Shown one piece after another: positions 48,656 to 64,000 of a DNA stretch of 64,000 nucleotides. The notes beneath the pieces are model-generated. The model had not been told where the DNA came from. It saw nothing but the letters and a program-made list of their open reading frames with translations, and did no database searches. The translations under genes were made by a program, and so were the position numbers. Numbering within the stretch: the stretch's first letter is position 1; every line of letters starts with the position of its first letter. The stretch comes from Amoebidium appalachense (lineage: Eukaryota; Protista; Ichthyosporea). The DNA lies in contig CAVNZM010000012.1 in NCBI GenBank assembly GCA_963693365.1, positions 8,684,001 through 8,748,000 of the forward strand, in the 5' to 3' direction.

Positions 48656-50640
48656 GTGTGTGTGTGTGTGTGTGTGAACTGTGAGCCATACGTGTGTGTG
48701 TGAGGGGAGGCAGGGGGGGGGGGGGGGGAAACGGGAGGGAGGGGGGAAGGGGGTGCTATTTGTGTGCGTTTTTGTGCATATGTGTGTGGGCGTGTGGGCA
48801 CTTTGTATGTTTAATACAGTTTTCTTTTTTTCAAACCCCGTCCCCCCGCCCCCCCCAAAAAAAAAAATCCCTTCCCCTCTTCCCTCAATACCTTTTTGTG
48901 TGCATCGTGTGCATATGTTTGGGTGCGGTAGGTGCGTCTGTGTGCTTGTGAACGACCTTTTTCATTTTCAGGTCCCCCCTCTCTCCCCCCCCCCCCCCCC
49001 CCCCCCCCCTCTCCCAATTTTTTGGGGGGGGAAGGGGGGGAAGAAGGGGGTGGGGGGAAGGGGAGAGGGGGGGCGTTGTTCTTGCCTATGCATATGATTC
49101 AGCTTTTTTCTTGTCTTCTTTCATTTATTTTGTTTTTTCCGTTTTCCTCATTCTTTCTTTCATTCTGTTTCTTGGTGTCCCGCGTTTGTGTGTGTGACAC
49201 ACTTTGTGGTGTGTATGTTTGTGTGGGCGTGCGTTCGTGCGTTCGTGCGTGTGTGTGTGTGCATGTGCGTGTGTGCGTGTGCCTGTGTGGATGCGCGCGC
49301 GGGGGCGGAAGGAGGGGAGAGGGGGGGGGGGGGGGGGGAGTTATCGCAGAAGGGCATCATGGAGCTGAACAAGCATTTACCAATTTCTCTGCCGCAATCT
49401 TCAATGAATTTGGCCCTACCCCTCGCCCCCCCGCCCCCACCACCACAAAAATCACACACACACACCCCGCCCTTCCTTACAATGTGCACAGAGTTTCCCA
49501 GTGCAGCCCTCGTCGCAGACATCTATGAAAGAACGGTTTTATTAGTATACTGACCTATGCACACACTATCATTCATAATCGCGTTTGGACCAGCGCTCCA
49601 ATAGAGCTCGATAAACCCCGCGGTTTAACCGTTGTTCTTCACTGGCCTTACAAGTGTGAAGCACATGAATCTCCAAGCACATCACATTATAGGTGAGGGG
49701 GCAGACACAACTAAAGGCCATGGCGATCCGAAACATCGGCATGAGCATGCCGAGGCCATCAGATCTGGAACTATGTTAAAAAGGCTAAATTTTCATTCCT
49801 GTCACACATCATGGTTTATGGGGCCGTCTAGCCGCGCATGCTGCAATCATGCCTGTCATGGCAAAACATTTGCTCGACATATGTCTACACCCCCACACCT
49901 TTCTTCTCATGATGTACGACTGCCCCTTTTGTGCCACACAGTCATCCAAATTCCCGGGCTCGTCATTAGCATTAGCCAATCATATAACTCCAGTTTAACT
50001 CAACAGCAAATCAGCAATCGGCTGCCTACGTCACACAGCCCACGGGGCACGTTTGCGCTTCGCCGGCCGTAAAGCTGCGCTGGCGGCCAAAACGAGTCCT
50101 TTTCCCTTCGTACCGCCCCTGTCCGGAGACCGCGAAAATGGTACGAACAAGGGAGAAGAAAACGATCGTTATAGGAGTTTCTGTGAGCTAGGAGTGTATT
50201 TGTAGTGTTTACAGGTGTGGATGGCGGCGGATTTTCCACGATGGATCCGGATTCAGAGCGGATACATATGGAGTTGTGATGGGAGGGATATGGCAGGGAT
50301 AGCTCGGACCAGGCCCGCAGGAAATGGACATTGATGAGCTCCGGCTGATGAGTTTTGAGAAGAGTACACACATTCAATAAGTTTAAACAATGGGGTGTAT
50401 TGTATGGACGTTCGGATTACATATACACTATGCATTTTTTCAAAGAAAATATTCCTGACACAAATTCAGTTTCAACTTCTTGATTTCCACCTTGCGTTGA
50501 ATTGAAGCCGGTCGGCACAGGCTTGTAACCCACACGATACCCCATACACATGCTGGAAAGCAGAGGCTTTTCTGGTGGGCGAGCGGCAATGTTGCGTGAC
50601 TGCACGAGCAACAGACAAAGAAGTATGAGGGTGGGAAGGC
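48484..50640 (-). CDS. Probable multi-exon gene of unknown function
   Basis: In-phase minus-strand exon join ...NDSVCI-DVCDEGCTGKLCAH-WPNSLKIAAEKL (~49380-49610) and a hydrophobic stretch LPTLILLCLLLVQ (~50600-50640). Full structure not resolved. Confidence 0.35.
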
Positions 50641-50910
50641 TGCCAAAATTTATTAAGGGCTTGGGATGATGAGTTGGACCAGGGGAACCACCGTGCGGCA
50701 GTTTTGCGCACAGAACATAGGTTTTGTATTTGTCTCTCCGTTTGCCAGAGATGAACGAGTCACTTGCTTTGCAGCAATGAGCGGCACACCGGGCCCAACT
50801 AGCTGGGAACCAACGGGAAATATGGCTCAGGGATATGAAACTTTAAGGGCATTCAATTGAGAGGTCATTCACTGGCCAAGCTTCTGGGTTTCTGAGGCGC
50901 GCTAACGACA

Positions 50911-52398
50911 ATGTTCGTCGGTCTCGGGCAGACTTCGACCCATACCCCAAGCAGGCTGCCAGTTGGGTATTTCCGTTGTTGTGCAGGTTACAGCTGTTTT
51001 GACCAGTGTACTTTCCATACTGTTGTAGATCAGCAAGTGGGAGTTGGCCCTCAGCCTAATATATGCTCCCCCCCCCACAATACATGCCTCTCTCTACCAC
51101 CACCGCCTTCTTCCCCTGCCCTTCTCTCCCTCCACACACACACACACAGCCTCGGGAAGTTAAGGAGATTAAGGACTTCCTCCTGACTGTGCGCCGTAAG
51201 GACGCACAGTCCATCAAGATCAAGAAGAACAAGGAGAACACCAAGTTCAAGGTCCGCTGCTCCAAGACCCTGTACACGCTCGTGCTCAAGGACAGCGAGA
51301 AGGCACAGAAGCTCGAGTCTTCTCTGCCCCCCGGTACGTCTCACGTGCTTGCAGAGGCGGGGAGGAGAGGGGGGGGGGGTTGTGGATAAACGGAGGGGAG
51401 GGGGGAGGGCGTGCATGTCAGAGGTTGTGTTTTTTTTTGGGGGGGGGGGGGTGATGGAGGGCGATGAGCGCATGTACAGGGGAGGGAGGGTGAGGCACAG
51501 AAGGTGCATGTGAAGGAGAAGGGGTGGGTTGTGTAAACCCAGTTGCTTGCACAGGGGAGGTGGGGGGTTGGCGAAAGGGGATGGCGGGCATTCACCATAA
51601 GTGCTTCTGCAGAAGGGGAGGAAGGGTATTGTACGATATATGCAAGAGGGGGGGGGGGGTTGACGTACGATGATGCAAGCACGTTCGGGGGAGGGAAGGA
51701 GATGCATGATAAGTGCATGTGTGGGGAGGTGCAGGAATAACGAACGTGGATACTTGTGCAGGGGAAAGGGTGGGGGGTTATACAGCGTATTGCACGCACG
51801 ATAGCTGCTGCACGTGCATGTGCAGGGTAGGGGGTGGGGTGATTGTACAGTAGATGGGGAGAGGAGGCGGCATTGCTAATGTTTTGATGTAAGCAGCACG
51901 TGGGGAGTGGGGATATTGTACACGGTGATGTATGGTTTGATTACAGGTTATCACCACTGGACACACACTCGCATGTTATTGCATCCCAACTGAGCTGTGT
52001 GCAGGACACACATGCACCCACACGCATACACAACATTTGTACACGGACATACACACCAAGTCGTGGCATAACACACAAACCAGATGTGTGTGCAAACACA
52101 CCCAGAACTGTGCACGCTTTTATCTAACACATGCAGAAATGCCGCGCAAGGTGTGCACGATACTATTGTCCACATACACCCTGCGTTGTGGGTGTACACT
52201 GCATGCACCAAGTTGTACTGGAGATATTTTATTAGTCCGTGAAACTGGCATATCTTTTCGTTCCGTTCGTAACACGCTTTCCTGGCTGTTTACCCATGCA
52301 ATCTATGTTAACACACACGCACCTATCACTGACAATCCTTTTCGTGTGCAGCACTGAAGAAGACCATCATCACCTCCAAGGTGCAGAAGAGCGCCTAA
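50911..52398 (+). CDS. RPL38: 60S ribosomal protein L38 (eL38)
   Basis: Exon 51150-51333 [61 protein letters not shown]; exon 52352-52398 [15 protein letters not shown]. The ATG exon at 50911 is tentative. Confidence 0.96.
51921..51999 (+). ncRNA. Candidate intronic box C/D snoRNA
   Basis: Terminal stem CACGG/CTGTG, box C-like GTGATGT (51925-51931), box D CTGA (51990-51993), located in a ribosomal-protein intron. Box C is imperfect and no target was confirmed. Confidence 0.4.
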
Positions 52399-53644
52399 AC
52401 ACACACCCAATGCGCCAATAAACGGCTGCCTCATGCGGCGGCCTCCTGGCCGTGTGTAAACAACCTCTCGTTTTGGTATTCTCTTATAAGGCAACCCACC
52501 GCCGCCGCATCTTTATTTTTTAGTAGTTCAGCGGTGGGGAATATCCGATGTAGAGGAGTGGGACTGGTGGATGTGGTGTTGGGGCGGACAGCCTGCAGTG
52601 CAGATTTTGTTTGCTTCTGGTGGGAGTGATGCAAGTCAAATACACACAGCCCCGGTCTCCATACTTTTTTTGGTCCACGCTGAGCCTGTGTTTGGTTGGA
52701 AACGCTTGCCAGAGCCGCTTATGTGGGTGTGGGTTGTGGGAAGGCTTGAGTGAGTCTGGATGTGTGCGTGGGGTTGGAGTGGTGTCAAGATGGTTGGCAC
52801 ACCAAATGTTGGGGTGATGGAGTGTTGTTCGTTTGTGGTGGCTTTGTCGGTTGGAAGGGTGTGTGTGTGTGTAACAAACATCCAAGTGGTTTGTCCAGAA
52901 GAGAGTGTGAGCACATCAGTGTGTGTGCATCTATTACGAGCTTTTGCACTTGGAGTGAAGGTGCTGACTGGTTTGTATCTCGACCTAGTGGATATGCTTT
53001 GTTTCTTGTTGCAGGTACAAGGAGGTAATGCCGTGATGCAAGAGAATCCTTATGCTTACACACTTGCCTGCGCAACACAAATTTCTTTGCCTTTGGTGAA
53101 TTATTTTCCTGAACGGCTCTCCTTTCATTGTCCCCCTCGTTGTTCTTATACCTGCTTGCAACTGCACCCAGTGGAATTCTTTCGTTTCTTAGTTTTCAAT
53201 GATGGATTTGTCGTGCTGTTTTGGCTGTTCTTTTTTGTGGTTGTATGTGTTGGAGGGGGAGGGGGGGGGGGGGGGGGGGGGGGGTATGCTTGTGTATATG
53301 GCTCACACGCCCTGTGAACCCGTCCCAGTCCCCACCCACATACAAACAACACCTTCTCACCATTCCTCAGTCTCCTTCGAAGGAAGCGCCCCACCCCTTC
53401 CCCCCCCCCCCCAAAAAAAAAAAAATCACTGAGCTTTATGCATTATGATCATAGTTGAAACCAGAAAACGGATCGCAATTCGTCGATCGCTCCCGGATAA
53501 CAGCCAATCTTTTTTTGCGCTTCATGTAACCGTGATTATCGTGCCGGTTGGGCAAAATGTTTGCGATACGATTGCTTTACATGATGTTGGATGTTGGTGG
53601 CTGCCTTATGTTTTCTGGATTGTGTTGTCACGGAAGTTTTGTGC

Positions 53645-53820
53645 ATGAACGAGCAGCAAAGCCTGCCTTATGCGGACTAAGACCCATGATAGGAAGACCC
53701 GTGATAGGAAGACCCGTGATAGGAATGAACGAGCAGCAAAGGCTGTCTTATGCGGACTAAGACCCATGATAGGAAGACCCATGATAGGAATGAATGAGCA
53801 GCAGAGGCTGTCTTATGAAC
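53645..53820 (+). repeat. Composite tandem repeat with 15-bp subunits, upstream of CCDC28
   Basis: ATGAA(C/T)GAGCAGCA..CTG(C/T)CTTATG x3, interspersed with AGACCC(A/G)TGATAGGA x5. Confidence 0.9.
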
Positions 53821-53968
53821 CAAGATCACGACGTGTAGATGAGACAGTGAAAGGGAAAAGAATGTTAGCAAAACAAGCACAATCAGTGTCCACATGTACG
53901 CGTGCTGGTGTGTGCTCACACCCTCGTCACCTGTAACAAAACACACCCTCAATTCATATTACATCAAC

Positions 53969-58456
<4,488 letters not shown>

Positions 58457-59184
58457 CACCATCCAACATGACCCTTATAAGGCAACCATCAAACATTGCA
58501 CCAATGGGTGTTTCAAGTTTATTTTAAAAAGCGTTAATCGCATAAATTTGCCACAGATCATGTGATGTAGGTGTGTGCTTGTGCCTGTTTGCTGTTCTAA
58601 GTAATCTCGCCTCAGCTATTCCATGTTGGTGCATGAAAAACAAAAACATTGTATGTGATGTAAAGGCGTCGGAGTGGGGGGGGGGGGGAGGGGGGTCATT
58701 GTTCTATATGATCGAATGCTTGCTGTTAGCTTTTTTGTAAAGGTAGTATGTGAGGTTCATAAACAGGAATGATTAGCCGACAGGAAATATAAGCCGAGAA
58801 TGGATGGTGTGGTGTTTTATGTTTTTAAGGGAGCTTTTAGTATGTACTAGCGAATGTTATAGAAAGTTCTGTAGCTACGCTCTTTCTGTTTCAAGTGCAC
58901 CGAAGGTATATTTAGCACGTGATATGTCAGTAGACCTTTAAATGTATCACGGTTTGTCTTAAAGTTCGCTTGTGAGTGCAATGCCACTTTTGACTCAAGT
59001 TCCAATTTGCATTGGTTTGCCTAAAGAAAGACGTTTTTAAGACCGGGTTTCGAAGCCTGAGAGCAAGGGTGTGTGCAAATGTGCATGTACGAGAAAAAGG
59101 GTGTGCGTGTGACTGCACGTGTGTATGTGTCTGTTCAGGTATTCTCGTCAAATAACCCCGCATGTGGGGATTACTAGTAAGTTA

Positions 59185-59510
59185 TTGACCTTAGCAGTGA
59201 ATATGTGTCGGAACCGTAGGTTATTCAGCTTAGCAGTGAATATGTGTGAGGTATAGTTTTTATGTAGTATATCTTGAATGGTGTGGGGATATCGTTGACC
59301 TTAGCAGTGAATATTTGTGGGAATATTATTCACCTCAGCAGTGAATATGTGGCCATGGGAGAATATTATATATCTTGAGTGATGTGGGTATATTACCAGC
59401 GAATATATGGGGGAATATTATTCACCCTCAGTGAATGTGTTTGGGAATACCACCCACCTTAGCAGCAAATGTGTGCGGTGACATTTTTCTGAATCACCTT
59501 AGCAGCGTAC
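59185..59510 (+). repeat. Degenerate repeat with core CCTTAGCAGTGAATAT(G/T)TG
   Basis: About 7-8 imperfect copies at irregular spacing. Confidence 0.75.
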
Positions 59511-60034
59511 GTACTGTATGTGGGGATATTCTGACGGATTTGCAGCGATTATGTGTTGATTTCAACCCTAGCATGCAATGGGCATATCGAATATTATTGC
59601 TGCTGCAGTAGATAGATAATAAAGTTATCCCATTATTAGCAGCCGGAGATATTCGAATGATAACTTTGACAACTTCAGCAGCAAGTATATTCGTATTCAC
59701 AAACACACACACACGCACACACACACACACGTGCGCAATGCCATGGCCCAGTGATCCGCAGACACGGTTTCGCGAGTTCGAGTTACCTATGATAGAAAAG
59801 TGAAAAGTGACACACACGTGCACATGCAAGGGCATACACACAGGCAAAGACCACCCACACCCACACCCACACCACACGTACACACTTGAACGTGCTCACA
59901 CACACGTACGCGCGTCCGCACGCACATGTACACGCCATGCACGCACACTATTGAAGTTCATTTGTTCACGTCACATGATATTATACACCTACCGCCCGCA
60001 CCGTGACCCAACTAAGCCGCCACGTGTGGCCAAG

Positions 60035-60480
60035 AATCATCATGCTTCGTTGGTGAGATTCGGATGTTTGCAGGCTCTTTTGTGCCAGGGGGCTGGCTCG
60101 CCTGTGACGGTTCTGTTCTGCAAATTCAAGAATACTCTGCTCTTCACGCCGTCATAGGAAAAGCGTTTGGGGGAGACGGGAAGAGTACTTTTGCACTACC
60201 TGACCTCAGCAGCAAGCTTCCCATAGGAGCTACAAATATGCCCGGGACAATACGCGTGACCACACCCGCACAGTCTATTCCAGTTGATGCAACACAGAAA
60301 ACAGGCTTAACGGTCCCTGCTACCACCACAATCAACTACATTATGTGTGCACATGCTAATTTCCCCGTGCCTGCGTGGGGCAAGAGCGCACGGTATAACT
60401 CGAGGAAGAATCGCTATCAAGGGAAGCGCTACCACCGTGAGGAGGAGGTGAAAGAGTATGGTGATGAAGACTATTATTAG
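60035..60480 (+). CDS. Phage tail-collar domain protein (microcystin-dependent protein-like), main exon
   Basis: FVGEIRMFAGSFVPGGWLACDGSVLQIQEYSALHAVIGKAFGGDGKSTFALPDL..K.PIG and terminal INYIMC fit the collar consensus. The consensus begins upstream of ATG 60064, implying an upstream exon that was not resolved. Confidence 0.9.
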
Positions 60481-61262
60481 ACTCAAGCAGTCTAGCTAGT
60501 AACCACAAATTTCGGTTTACTTATCACTGAGTCTCTTCAAATTTGCATTTGGTGGTAGGTATGATATGGTGGCATAATGTACCTGTTATGAGGCACGGAA
60601 CCATTTTGTTGAATGAAATAAGTGAGTAATAAAGCAGGAACATTTTTTTTGTCAGGTTTGTTAATCATCACTTTCAGCCCGATGATTATAAAATATAAAT
60701 ATTAAAGCTGAACACAGTGTCGCTGGGAGGTGGTGGTGCCTGCTGGTGCCTGCTGGATAGTAAACGACACAGCATAGAGTGGTACGCATTCTTTCTTTTT
60801 GTTTTGTTTCACTCAACCGGTTTTTTCAGCATTTGGTTAACCCCCTGCTGCCTGCCGTTGCATGATTTGTGTTAGCTGGAAGTTTTGATTAGCACGACGT
60901 ACTTATAACAGTACTTTAAGCAGGACCTGCAAAATGTTTCTAAAGGGGGTAGCTAATGCTTCAAGAGTCACGTCATGAGGTTAAACATCAAAATAACGCT
61001 AACCATACCGAAGCTTTGCATCGTCTTCAGGTTATAATCTTGAAATGTTTTCCGTGACTTTGATCATCATGCACGTTGCTTGTGTACGATTGCATCACCC
61101 TGGTACATAAATGGCATAAACTCGGTTGGGCCTTCAAGTTGGTGGGGTAGCAGTTGGTGAGTGTGTGCACTCGCGTAAGCCTGCGCAGTGGGTCCAAACT
61201 ACAGAAGTCACGGTTTCATCGAGGTTGAGCCGGTGTGTGTGTGTGTGTGTGTGTCACAGTGT

Positions 61263-61348
<86 letters not shown>

Positions 61349-61456
61349 ACGTGTGTACCTGTGTGTGTACGTGTGTACGTGTTTACGTGGGTGTTTGTGT
61401 GAGCGCGATGTTTGTATTTGTGCGGGTGTTCTCTTGTGTGTGTCCGCGCAGGTGTG

Positions 61457-61505
<49 letters not shown>

Positions 61506-61977
61506 CGTGTGTGCGCGCATGTATGTGCGCATGCGCGCGAGTGTGTCTCACGGTTTGTGTGTGTGTGTGTGTGGTGTGGTGTGTGGTGTTAGGGCCAGGG
61601 ACCCGGGGGCGCGGGGGGGGGGGGGGGGGGGGAGGGGGGGGAGGGAAGGGGAGAGAGAGAGAGACCGTTTGCATGTGGGTGGATCATTGGAGGATGGATA
61701 GTTTGTGAGGGAAGGGGGTGAGGCGGGGGTCCTGTTATCTGCTGTGTCCATTTTCTTGATGTGAGTGTTTAGCATTCATTTTTGTTTATTGAAAGAAACA
61801 GTCACAATCACGGCTACCTTTTTTTTTAACTTTTTGTTTTTTTTTTACAATTTAAAGGTTAAACATTTGAAGTAGTGTGAACGGCTCCAGTCCTGTGGCC
61901 TTCAAGGCTCACTTAAATTTGGAAAAAAGTTTACAGAACAATTCGTTGACGTTAGTTGCCGAAGGGGCAGCTAGGAA

Positions 61978-62013
<36 letters not shown>

Positions 62014-62248
62014 TACAGAAGCATACATAACTTAGAACAATTTAGAACCGTTACGTATGGTTCATGATTCTCCGTACATTATTCATCAGAACTTCCAATG
62101 TGATCCGCCCTTCCCCTAACCACGGCTCTCAACTGGGAAAAGCAAAGCCATTTTGTTACCGAAAAAAAACAACAAGAGAACTGATTTACAGAGGGGTAAA
62201 ACGGGTGCACACAGTGTAAGGAGAGGGTGGGATGAAGAGGAGGAGGGG

Positions 62249-62343
<95 letters not shown>

Positions 62344-62351
62344 ACTGTGTC

Positions 62352-62424
<73 letters not shown>

Positions 62425-62541
62425 CCTCTCTCTATCCTCCCCCCCCCCCCTCCCGCCTCCGTCCCCCCTTTCCACCCCCCCTCCCCCCCCCCCCCTCCCC
62501 CTCTCCTCCCCCTCCCCCCCCCCCCCTCCCCCCTTTTTTGA

Positions 62542-62573
<32 letters not shown>

Positions 62574-62589
62574 GGAGAGGTTAGCCCAC

Positions 62590-63442
62590 CTGAATAATCT
62601 CAGTCACCAGCATCATTCTGCTGTCTTTCTCCATACGAACTCTCCCCACCACCTTCCCCGCCAGCACAGAATTTGCCAAGCTCACAACCAGAAGAAATAT
62701 CTGAACCGCTACTCCCGCTAACACCGCCACACCCACTATGCGATAGAGGAAGAATATATTCCCACCCACTATGAGAAATGGTGTGAATAGGTAGAAGAAT
62801 AGCTTTATGCTGGTGTGGAAGGCGTCGCAGTCTGTGCTCATCATTGTTACAACTGATCCCTGCGGGGGTTAAAATATGTTTGGGGTTAAGGGGTTAATGG
62901 TGTGTGGGGTGTGGGGGTAAAAATAAATACCGTCTGATTGGATGTTAACAGCTGGGGTTGAAGGAAGGCACATGTGTAGGCGAATGTGTGGGTAGTTGGG
63001 GGGGGGGGGGGGAGGGGGGGGGAGAGCGTGGGGGGCGGAAGTGTGTGTGTGTGGGGGGGGGGGGGGGGGGGGGGGGGTGGGGAGGGGCGGGATTCACAAA
63101 GGTGGTGATCTAGAAACTGAAAGTACCATCAGCTGGTCTGATTTTCTTGCACATATGCATCTTACACAGGGCCTGTTTAGTGGGACCAAACATGAAATCA
63201 ACCAAAACGCCTGATTATTCACGCCCCCATGCCCTAGAGCAGCGTCAGTAGTTGCCCTGAATAATGCATGGCATGTCCCACACACCGTCCATCACTTGTC
63301 TTCAGCCAAATTTACGCACCTGGCTAAACCCGCATGCTTGGCGCCGATTTGGTGGTATGCGTAGAGACTTCTTGTAGATGGCCAAAGATAAGCCACACCT
63401 CACTTGCAGCCCCGCCACATTGTCTATGAACGCTGTGTGGGT
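62590..63442 (-). CDS. ABCC/MRP-type ABC transporter, two TMD1 exons (5' part outside the window)
   Basis: Exon 63320-63442 ...GLQVRCGLSLAIYKKSLRI... and exon 62590-62859 GSVVTMMSTD...LYRIVGVAVLAG...KDSRMMLVTEIIQ. Both phase 0 with canonical splice sites. Confidence 0.85.
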
Positions 63443-63489
63443 CTGCACATCCAATCAGCACTTGCCAACCCCCCCCCCCCCCCCCCCCC

Positions 63490-63524
<35 letters not shown>

Positions 63525-64000
63525 CCTTCCCCTTTGGAACTGTCCCTTCTGATTTTTTCTCGTTCTTCCACACTTAAATTAAGTCACGTTTCCCTTAAAC
63601 TACTGTCGTGGTAGGATTCCAACGAGGTGTCCACGCACAAAGTTCACACACACTTTACACACAGCAACAATCTAGGCATTCACAGGCATGCATACACTGC
63701 ATACCATGCACACACACCATTTGCGCAAATACGCGTGCCCACTCCCTCCCCCCCCCCCCCCCCCCCCCCCTTCCCCCCCCTCCCCCCTCCCCCCGAAGTT
63801 TCCCCCCCCTCTGCCCCCCACCCTCCCCCGCGCCCCCCTCCCGAGACACGCACGCACGCACGCACGCACAAACACACACACACACACACTCTAAACTACA
63901 CACATGCATGTGTCGTGTGCACATACATCGTGTATCTCCCCCCTCATCCCCCCATACCGCCTCCCCCTTCCCCCAACTCCCCCTCTTCCTCTCCCCTCCC

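Overview
Eukaryotic, intron-rich genomic DNA. The gene content (CCDC28, GCIP, an animal-like Dicer) suggests a holozoan, possibly a unicellular one such as an ichthyosporean; this is inference only. Introns are packed with poly(C)/poly(G) and (CA)n/(TG)n runs, so most ORFs in the supplied track are artefacts and genes were assembled by hand from exons. Contents: a non-LTR retrotransposon (ORF1 plus APE-RT ORF2), a single-exon globin, a minus-strand CCNDBP1/GCIP gene, a ~26-kb Dicer-like gene, RPL38, CCDC28, a bacterial-type phage tail-collar gene and two exons of an ABCC transporter. Main discoveries: (1) a five-copy, poly(C)-abutting dispersed repeat in the GCIP introns whose ~150-nt core has several covarying helices and all hammerhead core motifs (CUGANGA with variable N, GAAAC, GUU), arranged in a strand order matching none of hammerhead types I-III; (2) a Dicer whose RNase IIIb domain has lost two catalytic acidic residues and whose helicase is degenerate, so it is predicted to nick only one strand; (3) a ~165-nt structured module present both directly upstream of the LINE ORF1 and again downstream of its poly(A). 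Structures were inferred by eye, no folding or database search was run, and exon coordinates may be off by a few bases.
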